The notes beneath the pieces are model-generated. The model made no database searches and was not told where the DNA came from. It saw nothing but the letters and a program-made list of their open reading frames with translations. A stretch of DNA of 64,000 nt from the human T2T-CHM13v2.0 reference genome, Homo sapiens, in NCBI RefSeq assembly GCF_009914755.1, contig NC_060935.1. One strand, 5' to 3'. Positions within the stretch are counted from its first letter, which is position 1. The number at the start of each line of letters is the position of its first letter. A program made the position numbers and the translations under genes. Shown here one piece after another: positions 1 through 14,299 of this stretch.

Positions 1-546
1 CAAAGTGCTACACAAATTACATATATATATATGAATCACTGACTATTACTTTGTCTATTTAAGACTGATTTCCCATTCATAATGATTAACTCTATAGTAG
101 GTTTGCACTTCAGCAGTGTAGTTGGCAAAATACAATATACATATATATTAACCTTAGGATCAAAAACTATTTATTTTGAACCTAGAAGCCCTTGCTCCAT
201 TCAGACTCAAGGAATTCAAATTTAGCAGATTACTGAAGTATAATAATTCTGTCCATGACTTTAATAAAGTTATTTATTTGCCTTATTCTAACAAAATTTA
301 CTAAATTTCTGTTGAAGTAAAGTTTATATTTTCCAAAGGAGGCTGAGAATAATCAAGGTCAATTTAATGCATAAATGTTAACTTGCGCTACAGTTAAAAT
401 GTATTGTGCTAAAAAACTGCTTAATAAGTGAATTCTCTCAAGTTCTTTATATATGAATCCTTTTTATATTTATATATTTATAAATTGCAAACACAACCTA
501 GAATTAAAGAGAAAGCAATTTGACAATCTCAATTTTTCGAAATAAA

Positions 547-1854
<1,308 letters not shown>

Positions 1855-1982
1855 GCCAGATAATTAAAACGTTGTATAGAATACTGCTTTTCCTGATAGA
1901 ATTAAATATAAAAACAAAGCAATCACATATTTTTGGTCAACCTATCGTTGATTTAGAACAATCCTGATATTCGATGCCTATG

Positions 1983-2118
1983 TTCTCTCTTTCTTTCCCT
2001 TCTTTATTTCTTCTTTCTTTGCTCCTCTCTCCTCCCCTCCCCTCCCTTCCTCTCCCTCTCCCTCTCTCTCCCCTTCTTGTTTTCTTGCTTTCTTGCTTTT
2101 CTTGCTTTCTTGCTTTTT
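1983..2118. repeat. CT-rich low complexity with (TTTCTTGC)n
   Basis: Polypyrimidine tract with repeated tttcttgc units. Confidence 0.85.
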
Positions 2119-5100
2119 GAGTGTGGGGTACAGACTAGGGTATAGAAACACAAGCATGGTCAAAGGTAAAGGGCATTAGAGTATCTCATGACCCTTACAA
2201 AGCCAGAAATTTCAAGTAATAATGTAATCATGGTAGTGTAGGAATATTTTTATATAAAATAATATCAGAGTGAGTAATTCTGATAATTATACATAGAGAT
2301 GAGATTTCTGCACATTTTCAATCTTCTGAATTTCTGCAACTGTGCTGATCATTAAATAATTGCTTTTGTCATATGCTTTGCTTCCTTGTCACCTCTGAAC
2401 TCAACTCTTTGACCTCTGGCATTCTGTTTGGTACCCTGATCATTTGGGTGCCTTGAGGTCAACCAGCTTTTCTGTATCACAGGGCTTTGTTTTTACTGGG
2501 GTAAGTCTTTTAGATCCACAAATGTAATTGACATCTCTCTCTAAAGACTTCTAAATCAAGGAAAACATTTTAAAACTAAACAAAACAAACTTTGCCAATA
2601 TAACTAAAAATAGACAAAAAGCATTTTTCCATTCATTCCTCTTAATAGCTCAACCCTATTATATAGCTTTTGAAATACTTAATACATTTTCATCGTAAAT
2701 GCAAAAAATAGACATGTGTGCTAAGAGGGAAAAAAGGAACACTTTCTTTAGTGTTCAAATGCCAGGCCCCAATTTCAGATTTGAAGATAACCCTAGGAAT
2801 GCACTGACTGTCATTAGTTATTAGAGCACCAGGCAGTGGTGAGTGGTATCAGCCAGATTCAAGCTTTGACCGACTGCAGAGTCCAATTTGTTAATTTTTT
2901 TTTAATCACAGATAGGCCCTTTCAAAGAACAGATTGACCTATGACCTGATGATATCCCATGGTCTGATTCATTCTTTGCAGATTCATATTGCTAGAATCA
3001 TTTGAGTGACATATCACACTCCAGGTCAAGAGGTTTTTGTCAAATAACTCTCTTGGAAATTACTTAGGACTGCTAATATTTCCAATCCTTATATAAGCAG
3101 TTCATTTAGCATTATGTCAAATATTTCAGCTTCTTTTCTCTGGCTGATGTGTATCATTACGTTTAACTTCATAGATACTTCAAATAACAAAGGTATCTAA
3201 TGTGTTTATAAAAAGGTTTTTGAAAGAATTCCTTATTTTCTACTTCTGTTCCACTCTAGCACATCGTGATCTACTGCCTGGAGGACTCTTCACTAAACTG
3301 CTATCACTGCTGTATCTCAGATTATGATCTGGATTATAACCTGTATTACTCTCCTCTTTATTGACACTATTATAAACAGACTTAGATTTATTACCATTGA
3401 ATTATCACTAGCTTTTAGCATTTCACATCTCTTCTCCAGTTTATCCTAGCTGTTATTTCTGTCTATTCACTTTAAGGTATAGATTCCATGGTAGTTCTCC
3501 CTTAATGAGCAATTCCGAGTGTCACATATTATCTAACATTTACATTCATACACAGTAAACAATCAAATGACTTAAGGTTCAATTACTAATGACAAATTAA
3601 GTATTTAAAAGTAGGCAAATATCTAATATATTTCAACATTGAATTATTCCAATAATGCAATTTGGGATACTGCAGACCCATTTTAACCATTTCAAGTCAA
3701 ACTCCCTCTTTAAGAAGAAATATTGGGTATTACTGAACTTCTTCCCAAAGTGTAATTTTTTTCATCCCCTCACTGTCAAATATTTGACCCGTGTCAGGAA
3801 ATACACAACCGCAGTCAGCCCAAATTTTCACCCATGTTCCTCTTCCCAACATGGAAGCCCCTCTTATACCGGAAAAATAAATGTTGTGAGAGAAATACAG
3901 CATAGGATAGTATTTACAGACACATACGTATGAAAAAATAATGTGATTTTTATAAACAGTGTTAGTTGTGATTTAGAATGCTACCAAATAAATATATTTT
4001 ATATTAATATTTTAAAGTCATGAAATAAAGATATTCACTACCTCCTCACACTTCACAAACATCCCTGAGTTAGTACCGCTATCTAGTATCACCCTATACT
4101 ACACCTACTCTATTTTCCATAAGTAATAAGTGGGGAAGGGATAGAACTGACAGCAAGCCACTTGACGAAGAAAGCAAGAAGGCATACAAGAAAAGTGAAC
4201 AAAGTAGAAAACCAGCTGAAACGTTCAAAGAGAAATTTATAGAATGCTGATACTGTGCTGAGCACTGCGTTAAACATTTCACACATTACCAAATTTAATT
4301 TCCATGAGTAATAAGATATTATTATGTACAATGTATAAAAGAGGAAACTGAGGTTTCAAGATGTTGAACTACTTTTTCAACCTAAAATTAGGAAGTGAAA
4401 GGCTGGCTTATACTCTTAGAATTCACTAATATACTCCCTTGTCCATTTCAGGAAAGTCCGTGAGGTATAGGTGCTCAATAAATATTGATTTTCCTTTCAT
4501 GACATAGTCTGCTAACATACATGCTTATTGTATAAAATTTTCTAATGCCTCTAAGCCACCTAAAAGTAAGTGCAATTTTATACATTGCTGCATGATTACA
4601 TATCTGCCTTTCCACAACTCTAAATACCTCTGTAATATCTGAAATTAATACATGCAAAATGTAACACTAAGAAGTGTGAAACTTGTTAACTGAACTTTTT
4701 CTGCTTTAATTCACTTTGAAAACTTAATGTCAGTTGTCTTTAGCAAGATTCTCTACCAAGAGAAGCATATAAAATATGTTTTGCTAAGCAGTTAGAACTT
4801 AAATTCCCTTATGTTATTCTTGCTCAAAATTAGTTGCCCAATAAAATATGATGACTGCAATGGAGGTGCTATGCACACTTCTTTTATACTGAAGGGTTGA
4901 GGATAAAATCAGGCACAGGGATCTGTTCTTAAGAATATAAATTATATGTTTTCTGATCTACGGCAAATTCTATCAAAAGCCTTAGAAGCACAGGTATCAA
5001 ATGATTAAAAAGGTCTTTATCAATAGGGCCAGAACCTACTTTCGTGAGGCCAACTCTCTTCCTACATCTTAATGACGCAGGAACCTTAACATTGCTTCAA

Positions 5101-5614
5101 AGCTCATAGGAGCCCATTTTCTGTATTTTGTGTTCTTAAAAGCATGGATTGTCTGAAATAATGTTGTTTCAAAGTTAGGAACTATGAGAGTTTTGCTGGT
5201 TATCAATAAGTATTAATTTAATACTAAATTTATTATTTTAGGAGTCCTTCAGTTTTCATCTAATTCAGATGCATTACTAATTAGTATCACTAATGCTTTT
5301 CCAGAACTCTTTTAGTGAGAAAAAAATTAAAAGTGAAGTACAATTTTATAATCATTCTCTCTTTTGATACGGGATCTGGCTCCATAATTCTTTTAACCAT
5401 CATTAGCCATAGGTCTGCAGTCTTTAACAAATCACAATAAAAAAAGAGCATAAACTCTGGAAATAGAAACACCTGATATTTATTTCAAGCTTTTCTCTTA
5501 GCTAAGTAACAAGATAAAGTAAGTAAGTGGATAACCTTAGAAAAAGTAGTTACTTAGATAAATTTTACTTTATCTAAGTAAAATTTTTTCTTATGTATAA
5601 AAGTGGCAAAACAG

Positions 5615-6019
<405 letters not shown>

Positions 6020-6649
6020 CTAACTCTCATTCTATCCTATATAAAAGCTCTTTGAATACTTGAAGAAGGATGCAATGTTACCGTATTTCTTCTAATCTTT
6101 AAATTTCTCAGGTTCTTCAATGATCACCAATATAACATGGTTCCTAGATTCCACATTAGTCTCTATGCATTCCAGAGTGACGATGAAATTGTAAAAATGT
6201 GAAGCCCAGAGCAGAACATAGTACTCCAAACATGGTATGACTAAAGCATATCACAGTGGGACTCTCTGTTCCTTTGCTGAACTGCAAAATGCTATAAATT
6301 CATACTTAATTTGCATTAACATTTTAACACTAGTATCACATTGAAATCCCAAGATTTCTATAAATTTTAAGCCTTACTTGTTCAACGTATATAACTGATT
6401 TTTTAACTTAAATGCAGTATTACTACTTATTTAACTTATTTACTTCATTTAAACCATCATCTCAGCCCCTTAAAGTTATTTTTGATTTTTTTATTTCAAC
6501 ATAAAAAAGTGAGTTTCATCTTTTTGTCTTGCTTTATGTTTATAAAATATATTGACACTAATGTTGGCCATTCAATTTTCTGTTATAGACATCTCAAATG
6601 TGCCACTCCCAGCATTTCCCCTAGAACTTCTTTTGTGTACTCTCTAAAC

Positions 6650-7157
6650 GAGTGGTCCCCAACCCACAGGCCATGGACCAATATTAGGAATCAGGCCACA
6701 CAGCAGGAGGTGAGCAGCGGGCAAAGGAGCAAAGCTTCATTTATATTTATAGCCATTCCCCTTCACTTGTGTTATTATGTGAGCTCTGCCTCCTGTCAGA
6801 TCAGCAGTGGCATTAGATTCTCATAGGAGTGCAAACCCTATTGTGAACTGTGTATGCATGGGATCTAGGTTGCACACTCCATATGAATCTAATGCCTAAC
6901 AATCTGTCACTCTCTCCCTTCAGCCCCAGATGGGACCATCTACATCTAGTTGTAGGAAAACAAGCTCAGGGCTTCCACTGATTCTACATCATGGTGAGCT
7001 GTATGATATTTTCATTATACTTTACCATGTAATAGAAATATAGTGCACAATAATGTAATATGCTTGAGTCATCCTGAAATCATCCCCTTGCTCTGTCTAT
7101 GGAAAAATTGTCTTCCACAAAACTGGCCCCTGGTGCCAAAATGGTTGGGGACCGCTG
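6650..7157 (+). mobile_element. MER1A (hAT-Charlie non-autonomous DNA transposon)
   Basis: TIRs (g)agtggtccccaacc / ggttggggaccgctg; perfect 8-bp TSD CTCTAAAC at 6642-6649 and 7158-7165. Confidence 0.92.
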
Positions 7158-7399
7158 CTCTAAACTGTTGCAAGTACCTCTACATTTAGCATCTTCATTA
7201 TTCCACATGTTCCCATACTTGCTCAAAATATATTCTAAGGTTATTAGCAAATGTCTCACTGAAATCATGGTGCATGTCACCCGTTGAATAAATCATTATA
7301 TTATTAGATATAAACAATAAAGCCCATGAGATTTGTATGAAACACTTTCTCATTAATCAACCTACACTGTCACCTGGAGTTCACAAATGTTTAACAATT

Positions 7400-7701
7400 T
7401 GTTGTTTGTTGCTTTTTTTTTTTTTTGAGACAGGATCTCTATCACCCAGACTGGAGTGCAGTGGTGCAATCATGGCTCACTGCAGCCTTGACCTCCTGGG
7501 CTAAGGCAATCCTCTTGCCTCAGCCTCCCAAGTAGCTGGGGCACAGGTGTGCATATCCATGTCCAGCTAATTTTTTAATTTTTGTAGAGATGGGGTCTGA
7601 CTGTTTTTTCCAGGCTGGTTTCAAACTCATTTACTTAAGCAATTCTCCCACTTTGGCCTCCTCAAGTACTGTGAAACAGGCAGGAGCCACTGTTCCTGGC
7701 C
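7400..7701 (-). mobile_element. Alu (AluJ-like)
   Basis: Poly-T then reverse Alu body; TSD aatgtttaacaatt (7386-7399) / aatgtttatcaatt (7702-7715). Confidence 0.93.
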
Positions 7702-7769
7702 AATGTTTATCAATTAATTACCTTTGTAAAGATGCATTGTAGAATGTTTGCCAGGGATCAATATTAGGT

Positions 7770-7955
7770 TTAAAGCTTGGTGTCTAGGTTGTCTATTTAC
7801 TAGTGGTCAAACCTTGGATTTATTACTTTACCTCTCCATAGATCTTTTTCAAATGAGAATAAATAGCCTTATATGTTTTGAGGGAACCAAAATTGTTCAT
7901 TATGTAAATGATATAGAGGAGTGTATACAATAAAGATCTAATATATGTTAGCTAA
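7770..7955 (+). mobile_element. Degraded MIR
   Basis: MIR core-like tttcaaatgagaataaatagcc ... ctaatatatgttagcta. Confidence 0.5.
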
Positions 7956-8584
7956 TACTATGTTTGAGAAATGGAGCTATAAATAGAATTTTTTCTTTAT
8001 ACTCTATTATAATTTATTAATAATTATAAACCATTTTTATAGGGCAAAGACAATTTTTAGAAATTAAGATGTAGCAAACACAAGAACACAGTCACAAAAC
8101 AGTATATTAAATAAATTATGTCTAAAAGCTTCACATCATAAAAGACAGGATAGATTGAAATTGCATCCAATTAAAAGATCAATAGACACTTCACTGATCA
8201 ATTCTTGCTGAAAAGAAGAACTTGCACAAAACTATAAATTGGAAAGTAAATTTAGAGCATAATTTGTGGAGGCTTTTGAATGTGAGGAGTTGTACGTTGT
8301 ACTTAATTTGATGCAGTTAGGGAAGGAGCATACGTTTTGAACCCAATAATACATTTGCGAGACAAATATTCATGTCAGGACACAGGAGCAGGGATACCAC
8401 ATCACATGTTGCAGCAGCCCACAAGAGAGTAATTCACATCTATACTGGAAGTGTCAGTAATGAAAATTAGAGATCAACCTTCAGAGACATTTCAACTCAG
8501 ACTCTGTATCTTGTCACATAAGGATAGCAGAGTAAGGGAGTCAAAATGTATAATACTTTTTAAACATTTATTAAGGAGTTTTCT

Positions 8585-9200
8585 AAGTGCCTTGCTAAGT
8601 GCTTTACATTGTTTGATACTTTAATCTTTATGAAACCCCTTTGATAGGGCTTACTGTTATCTTCTTCGTGTTACTTAAAAGGAAACGGAGTCCTGTGTTT
8701 TGGATGTGGTTTGTCACCTCCAAGACTCAAGTTGAGGCCTGGTTTACAGTGCACAAATGTTGGAAGCTGGGGCCTAGTAGGAGGTGTCTGGTTATGGGGT
8801 TGGATCCCTCAAGAATAGATCTATGCCATGTCTATTGAGTTCTTGTTCTCATGGGAATGAATTAGTTGTCATGAGAGTTGATCGCTATAAAGTGTACCCA
8901 GTTTATAGTGTGTGTTTCTTTGCATACATTTGCTCACCTTTCTGCTTCTCTGTCATGTTGTGACACAGTATGGGCCTTCATCAGAAGTTGAGCAGTTGCC
9001 AATACCATGCTCTTGGACTTTCCAGTCCCCAGCATCATAAGTCACGTAAGCTTCTTTTCTTTATTAGTCACCCAGTCTTGGGTATTCTGTTATAGCAACA
9101 CAAAATGGACCAAGAAACAGACCGCTTGACAAATGTAGTATGTTGCTCTAGACTATGCAGCTAATAAGTGATAGAACTCAGAGGTAGCCCTGGACAATAT
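8585..9200 (-). mobile_element. MIR split by an MSTC-like LTR
   Basis: tgctaagtgctttaca...ggaaacgga before the LTR, and cagctaataagtgatagaactcaga after it. Confidence 0.55.
8691..9117 (+). mobile_element. ERVL-MaLR solo LTR (MSTC-like)
   Basis: ttggatgtggtttgtc start; ggggcctagtaggaggtgt; ends ggtattctgttatagcaacacaaaatggaccaaga. Confidence 0.8.
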
Positions 9201-9384
9201 GAATTAGGGGTCTAGAAACTGTGCTTAATAAATTATTCAGCGTATACTACTTCTTGACCCTAAGGAACCAGGCCTAGTGGCTAAATAAATCCAACAAAGA
9301 AGGGCATCACAGGTGCTGCTTTGAGTAGGATAGCATAAATTTGTTTTGCACATCTTGACTTTAAGATTTCAGTGCGCATCAAAC

Positions 9385-9538
9385 CAGAATTTCCAATTTA
9401 GCAAATAAAAATACATGATATCCAATTTAATTTGAATTTCAGATAAACAATGAGTATTTTTTAGTATAAGTACATCCTGTGCAATATTTATCAAATGTTT
9501 ATATTTAACAAGTCCTGTATTTTTTCTGGCAACCCTAG
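9385..9538. mobile_element. MER53 hAT MITE with central deletion
   Basis: ttagcaaataaaaatac...tttgaatttcagataaacaa...cctgtattttttctggcaacccta. Confidence 0.8.
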
Positions 9539-11142
9539 TTCAAAGTGAATATGTCTGATTGGTAGTTGGGAAATTAGCTCCAACGGTTTTAAGAAGAACA
9601 AGGATTAGAACTATAAAGTTAGGTGTTGTTAGTTACTAAATTGCACGTGTGTATAAAGGTCTTGCTGCCTGCCAGGTCCTGTGTTAGGTGCTGCAAAGAG
9701 GTGATAGTTGAAATAAATAGATAAAACCCGTGAATCAAAACATATAGCAAAAGCAAAGCAAGAAAGCAAATAGAGAAACACTGATTTTCAAAAACATTTT
9801 AATGGGTAAGAAATGGCCACAAAATCAGAGGAAGAAAAGATATAAGGCTTGAAGCACAGGCAGAGTTGATATTCCATAAAATCTAGTGAGCATGTTGGCA
9901 GAGCCAAATGCCTCATAATATTGATGAGGATGAGGCCCAAGAGAAGGTCATTACATTTGGAATTTATCTACTAAGGCAGACGGTTGCCTGAAGATAGTGA
10001 CTCATTGTGCTGCTATGAACAAAATCTTGCAACATTAAATACATTTACACTGTAAGCACATTTTTTTCTCTCCATAAAAAAAAAATTATGAGATACTGGA
10101 TCTGATTATATGACTATGAAGGAACAGATCTGTAGAAAGCCAAGGACAAAGATCAGTGATTTAAAAATAATTGCACTACGAGCAAATATTTAAATTAGTG
10201 TGTTTCTGTTTGTTTTAATGCAGATGGACAGACAGAAAAACTAATCAAAGTTGAGGAAGGCATAGTGACTACAGAGTAAAGAAACCTAAAACTTATCTAT
10301 ATTAGTTTTCTATTACTGCGTAACAAATATAATATATATTTAACATATATATAATATATGTAACAAAATAACAAATAAGAGGCTTAAAACAATTTCAATT
10401 TATAGCAATTTTAACTTCAACTTCTCTAACTTTAAATCCTTGAATGCAGGGGCTTTGTCTAATAAAATGCTCTGGTAAGACTCAACTGGAATCCTCATGT
10501 GCGTATTGGTAATATTTATTGGGAAAGGGAAGGGGATTTACCCTTTCTTTAGAAAAATCATGACACTATCATCAGAGATATTTTTAAACTATATCAGCAT
10601 ACCATATATGTTAAGTTAATTTCAATATTATTGTGTTATAAGAATTTTATCTTAAGTACAATAACAGCTGCTATGGCTCACCAGGTAAATACCTGAGATG
10701 TTTCCTGGCCACAAAGAATGAAATAAGCTGATATGAAGTGTCCACTTATTTGTGGTCTCCAATTTAAATTAGAGAAGGCAGGAAATAGTTTAAGAAAAGT
10801 AATTGTTACTATTTTGTGTTAGAGGAAAAATAACACAGTCTTAGAACTTTACAGGACTGGTTTTGATATAAGTTCAGATCTTTGTAAATATGTTTACTGT
10901 TATTTACAGGAGATGGTTTTAAAAGTTTAAGAAAATCCATACATAACTAGAATTTATAAGATAGATAAGTTAGTAATTAAAGTACTGCAAAATTATTTGT
11001 TTGAAGAATGGGTTCCAAAAAATCATTAAAAATTCCAACCCTCATTCTATGCTAAGTGTAAAATACTAATCATTGTTCTTATTAATATAATAAGTAATCA
11101 TTATTTATCATATATGATTTACCAGATACAGGGCTGAAAATA

Positions 11143-11153
11143 TGTGTGGTGTG

Positions 11154-11205
<52 letters not shown>
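11143..11205. repeat. (TG)n(AG)n compound microsatellite
   Basis: Direct reading. Confidence 0.95.
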
Positions 11206-11208
<3 letters not shown>

Positions 11209-11302
11209 CTGTCATATCTATCTTATGAGATCAATGTTAACATTCTCATTTTACAGTTGATGGAACTAGAGCTAAGAATAATTTAAGTAACTTTCTTAAG
11301 TA

Positions 11303-11637
11303 GAGTCATGTGCCACTTAACGACAGGGAAATGTCCTGAGAAATGTACCATTAGATGATTTTGTCATTGTGCAAACATCACAGAATGAACTTACACAAAC
11401 CTAGATAGTATAGCCTACTACACACCTAGGCTATATGGTATAGCCTATGGCTCCTAGGCTATAGACCTGTGCAGCATGTTACTGTACTGAATACTGGAGG
11501 TAACTGTAACACAGTAGTATCTGTGTATCTAAGCATATCTAAACATAGAAAAGGTATAGTAAAAAAAAAATTACAATTTCATAATACCACTGTTATATAT
11601 ATGGTCCATTGTTGTCCAAATATTGTTATGTGGCCTG
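11303..11637 (-). mobile_element. Tigger3a (TcMar-Tigger), inserted in a MIR
   Basis: agtcatgtgccacttaacgac terminus; ttacacaaacctagatagtatagcctactacacacctaggc core; TA on both flanks. Confidence 0.88.
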
Positions 11638-13765
11638 TACAGAGCTAGTAAACTATGTTTCCTATTCCATGAATGTACATACCTAGTAAATAGTGGAATT
11701 AATTTAAAGTCTACATATGATTTCTGTTCAAAATTTTGTAGCATTCCATCCTTTGTATAGCAGATGGTGCCCTTTCATGATTATTGTTTTTAGCAATTCA
11801 TAGCTCAGAAAAGAGAGTCAAAAATGTAATATATATGTATATGTATATATACTCACATTATTCATAGATGTGTATATTTTTGCATTGCTATATTTTGCAT
11901 ACTTCTCATATAAAACATTCTGTACTTATTTCAGGGTACTCAAAGTAGGTCTGCTCTACACTAATTAGTCTACTAGGAACATAAATTAGCAATGCTGTTC
12001 AGAGGATTGATAAAAAGAAAACAGATATATGTGAGCAGTATATAATTTTCTACATAAATGTTGTAAGTAATGTTAATAATAAAATGATCTTTATTTAAAA
12101 GAATATATATATGGATTCACTGTTTACCTCACCTCAGCATTCATTGAGCACTTCCCACATACAAGACAATGTATTTGTCCCTGTGGAGGTCTGCTGCCTT
12201 CATTGAAGCTAAAAATCTAATGGGAAGTCAAAAACACTTATAAATTATTTTATGTACTTGGAAAAAGTAAAATAGTTCTGCAGGAGAGAGCAGTGACCTC
12301 CAGCTGAGTTTACTGGGGAAGGCATGGCAAAGATGATGATCTATCAGCTGGGTCTTAGAGGATTTCAGCAATGATGAAGAACATTCACAGTAGAATGATT
12401 TTTTTTTCAAATTCCCAGTAGATTTTTTTTTCAAAAATGCAGAATTAAGGGTAGGGCATTCATAGAATAATAAATAATTTCGTTTTTATGTAGATACGAA
12501 AGTCTGAGCGAGATGATAAAACTAAATGAATCAGATGAGTCAAAGTTGGGGAGAGCCTCAAAAATATCAGTTTGTCATGTTTATATGTTCCTAAGAGTAA
12601 GGGGAATACAGTAAACCTTTTCTTCAGTGGGAAAGTAAGGTAATCAGACTTATGTTTTACAAACTTAAATCCAGATATGAAGTAAAAAACAAACAAGTTA
12701 AATTGAATATAGAAATGGAATTGAATAGGCAGGAGGCTATTGAAAAGACTCATTGTAGTTATTTATATGATGCATATTATCTATTTTTTTAAATTTACAA
12801 ATGAGGAGGTAGAGTCCCAGAGAATCTTAAGATGCATAGCTAGTATTGGGTGAGAGTCAAACCAGTTCTAACCTTCTAGTTCTGTTTGATTATTATATTG
12901 ATATTTCTTTCTCTTCAAATCTTTATTTTGAGCAATTTCAAAGGTGTCTGAGTAACTTAACAGCTATGTTTAAATGTAGACATGAGGTTGTTATGGTATT
13001 ACCCTAAAGGTTCAGAAATACACAGATTCGGACTTAACACTCACATTTTCTCCATGTGAGTTTCCTCAAGTAGGGAGTTAATATAACTTTCTCCCTAAGG
13101 CAAGTAAGTGTGGCCAAGTAAGAAAAAAGTGACTGCATTATTAATAGTTAAAACTGGCAGTCAATAGCCCCCTATGTAGAGATTTATAATTGAGGAATTA
13201 AAAATGTAACTTGGAGCTCAGCAGGGCTTCCTGTTCCTCCAGCTCACCATCTCACACTCTCCTCACAAACTGCAGATCAAGTCTTAAGTCCATCCAACCA
13301 ATTGCAAGAAAGGAGATGGTATAAGTAAAAGAAAAGCTCTTGTCTTGAACTGCTTACCTCTTGGAAAATGTTAGAGCCCTGCACTCGGTCAACATTTAAG
13401 TCACAATAACATCATCCATTACCTGTTTGACCCAATTAATGTCTTGAGCTTCAAGCTATCACATTGACAATATCTTTCTTTGAAAATAAAAATATAGAGT
13501 AAGGAAAGGGCAGAATTTATGGGAGAGGGAATGATTGCCACTTTCTTCTACTTTTGTCATAGGAATATACTGAAACTAACTGTATTAGTCAGGGTTCTCA
13601 AGAGAGCCAATAAGTGTATGTTCTCAAGAGAGCCAATAAGTGTATGTGTGTGTATATATATATATATACATATACATACATATATATACACACACACATA
13701 TATATACTCTGTATACATGTATATGTGTGTATATCTATATATATATATACACACACGTGTGTGTA

Positions 13766-14119
13766 CAGATGTGTGTGTATATATATTGTTTAACAGTGAG
13801 GATATATTCTGAAAAATGCGTAATTAAGTAATTTTTTTGTATAGACATCATAGAGTGCACTTACACAAACCTAGATTGTATAGCCTACTATACATCCAGA
13901 CTATATGGGATAGCCTATTACTCCTAAGCTACAAACACATACAGTATGTCACTGTACTGAATACTGTAGTCCATTGTCACACAATGGTAAGTATTTGTGC
14001 GTTTGAACATATCTAAACATAGAAAAGGTAGAGTAAAAATATGGTACTATAATCTTGTGGGACCACCATCATATGTGCAGCTCATCACTGACTGAAAGTT
14101 GTTATGAAGCACATCACTA
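13766..14119 (-). mobile_element. Tigger3a nested in the (TA/CA)n tract of the MLT2
   Basis: Same core as the copy at 11303 (ttacacaaacctaga...ctaaacatagaaaaggta). Confidence 0.88.
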
Positions 14120-14199
14120 TATGTGTGTATATAAACAACTTTCATTATATGTGTGTGTATATATATATATATATATATAAAACTTTCATTATATAAACA

Positions 14200-14221
14200 A
14201 GTGTGTGTGTGTGTGTGTATG

Positions 14222-14276
<55 letters not shown>

Positions 14277-14299
14277 AGAGAGAGAGAGAGAGAGAGAGA
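14200..14299. repeat. (TG)n(TA)n(GA)n microsatellite
   Basis: Direct reading. Confidence 0.95.

Noticed and set aside
9385-9538. Possible miR-1302-type hairpin (MER53)
   Set aside because: Central deletion and divergence disrupt the palindrome; no expression evidence.
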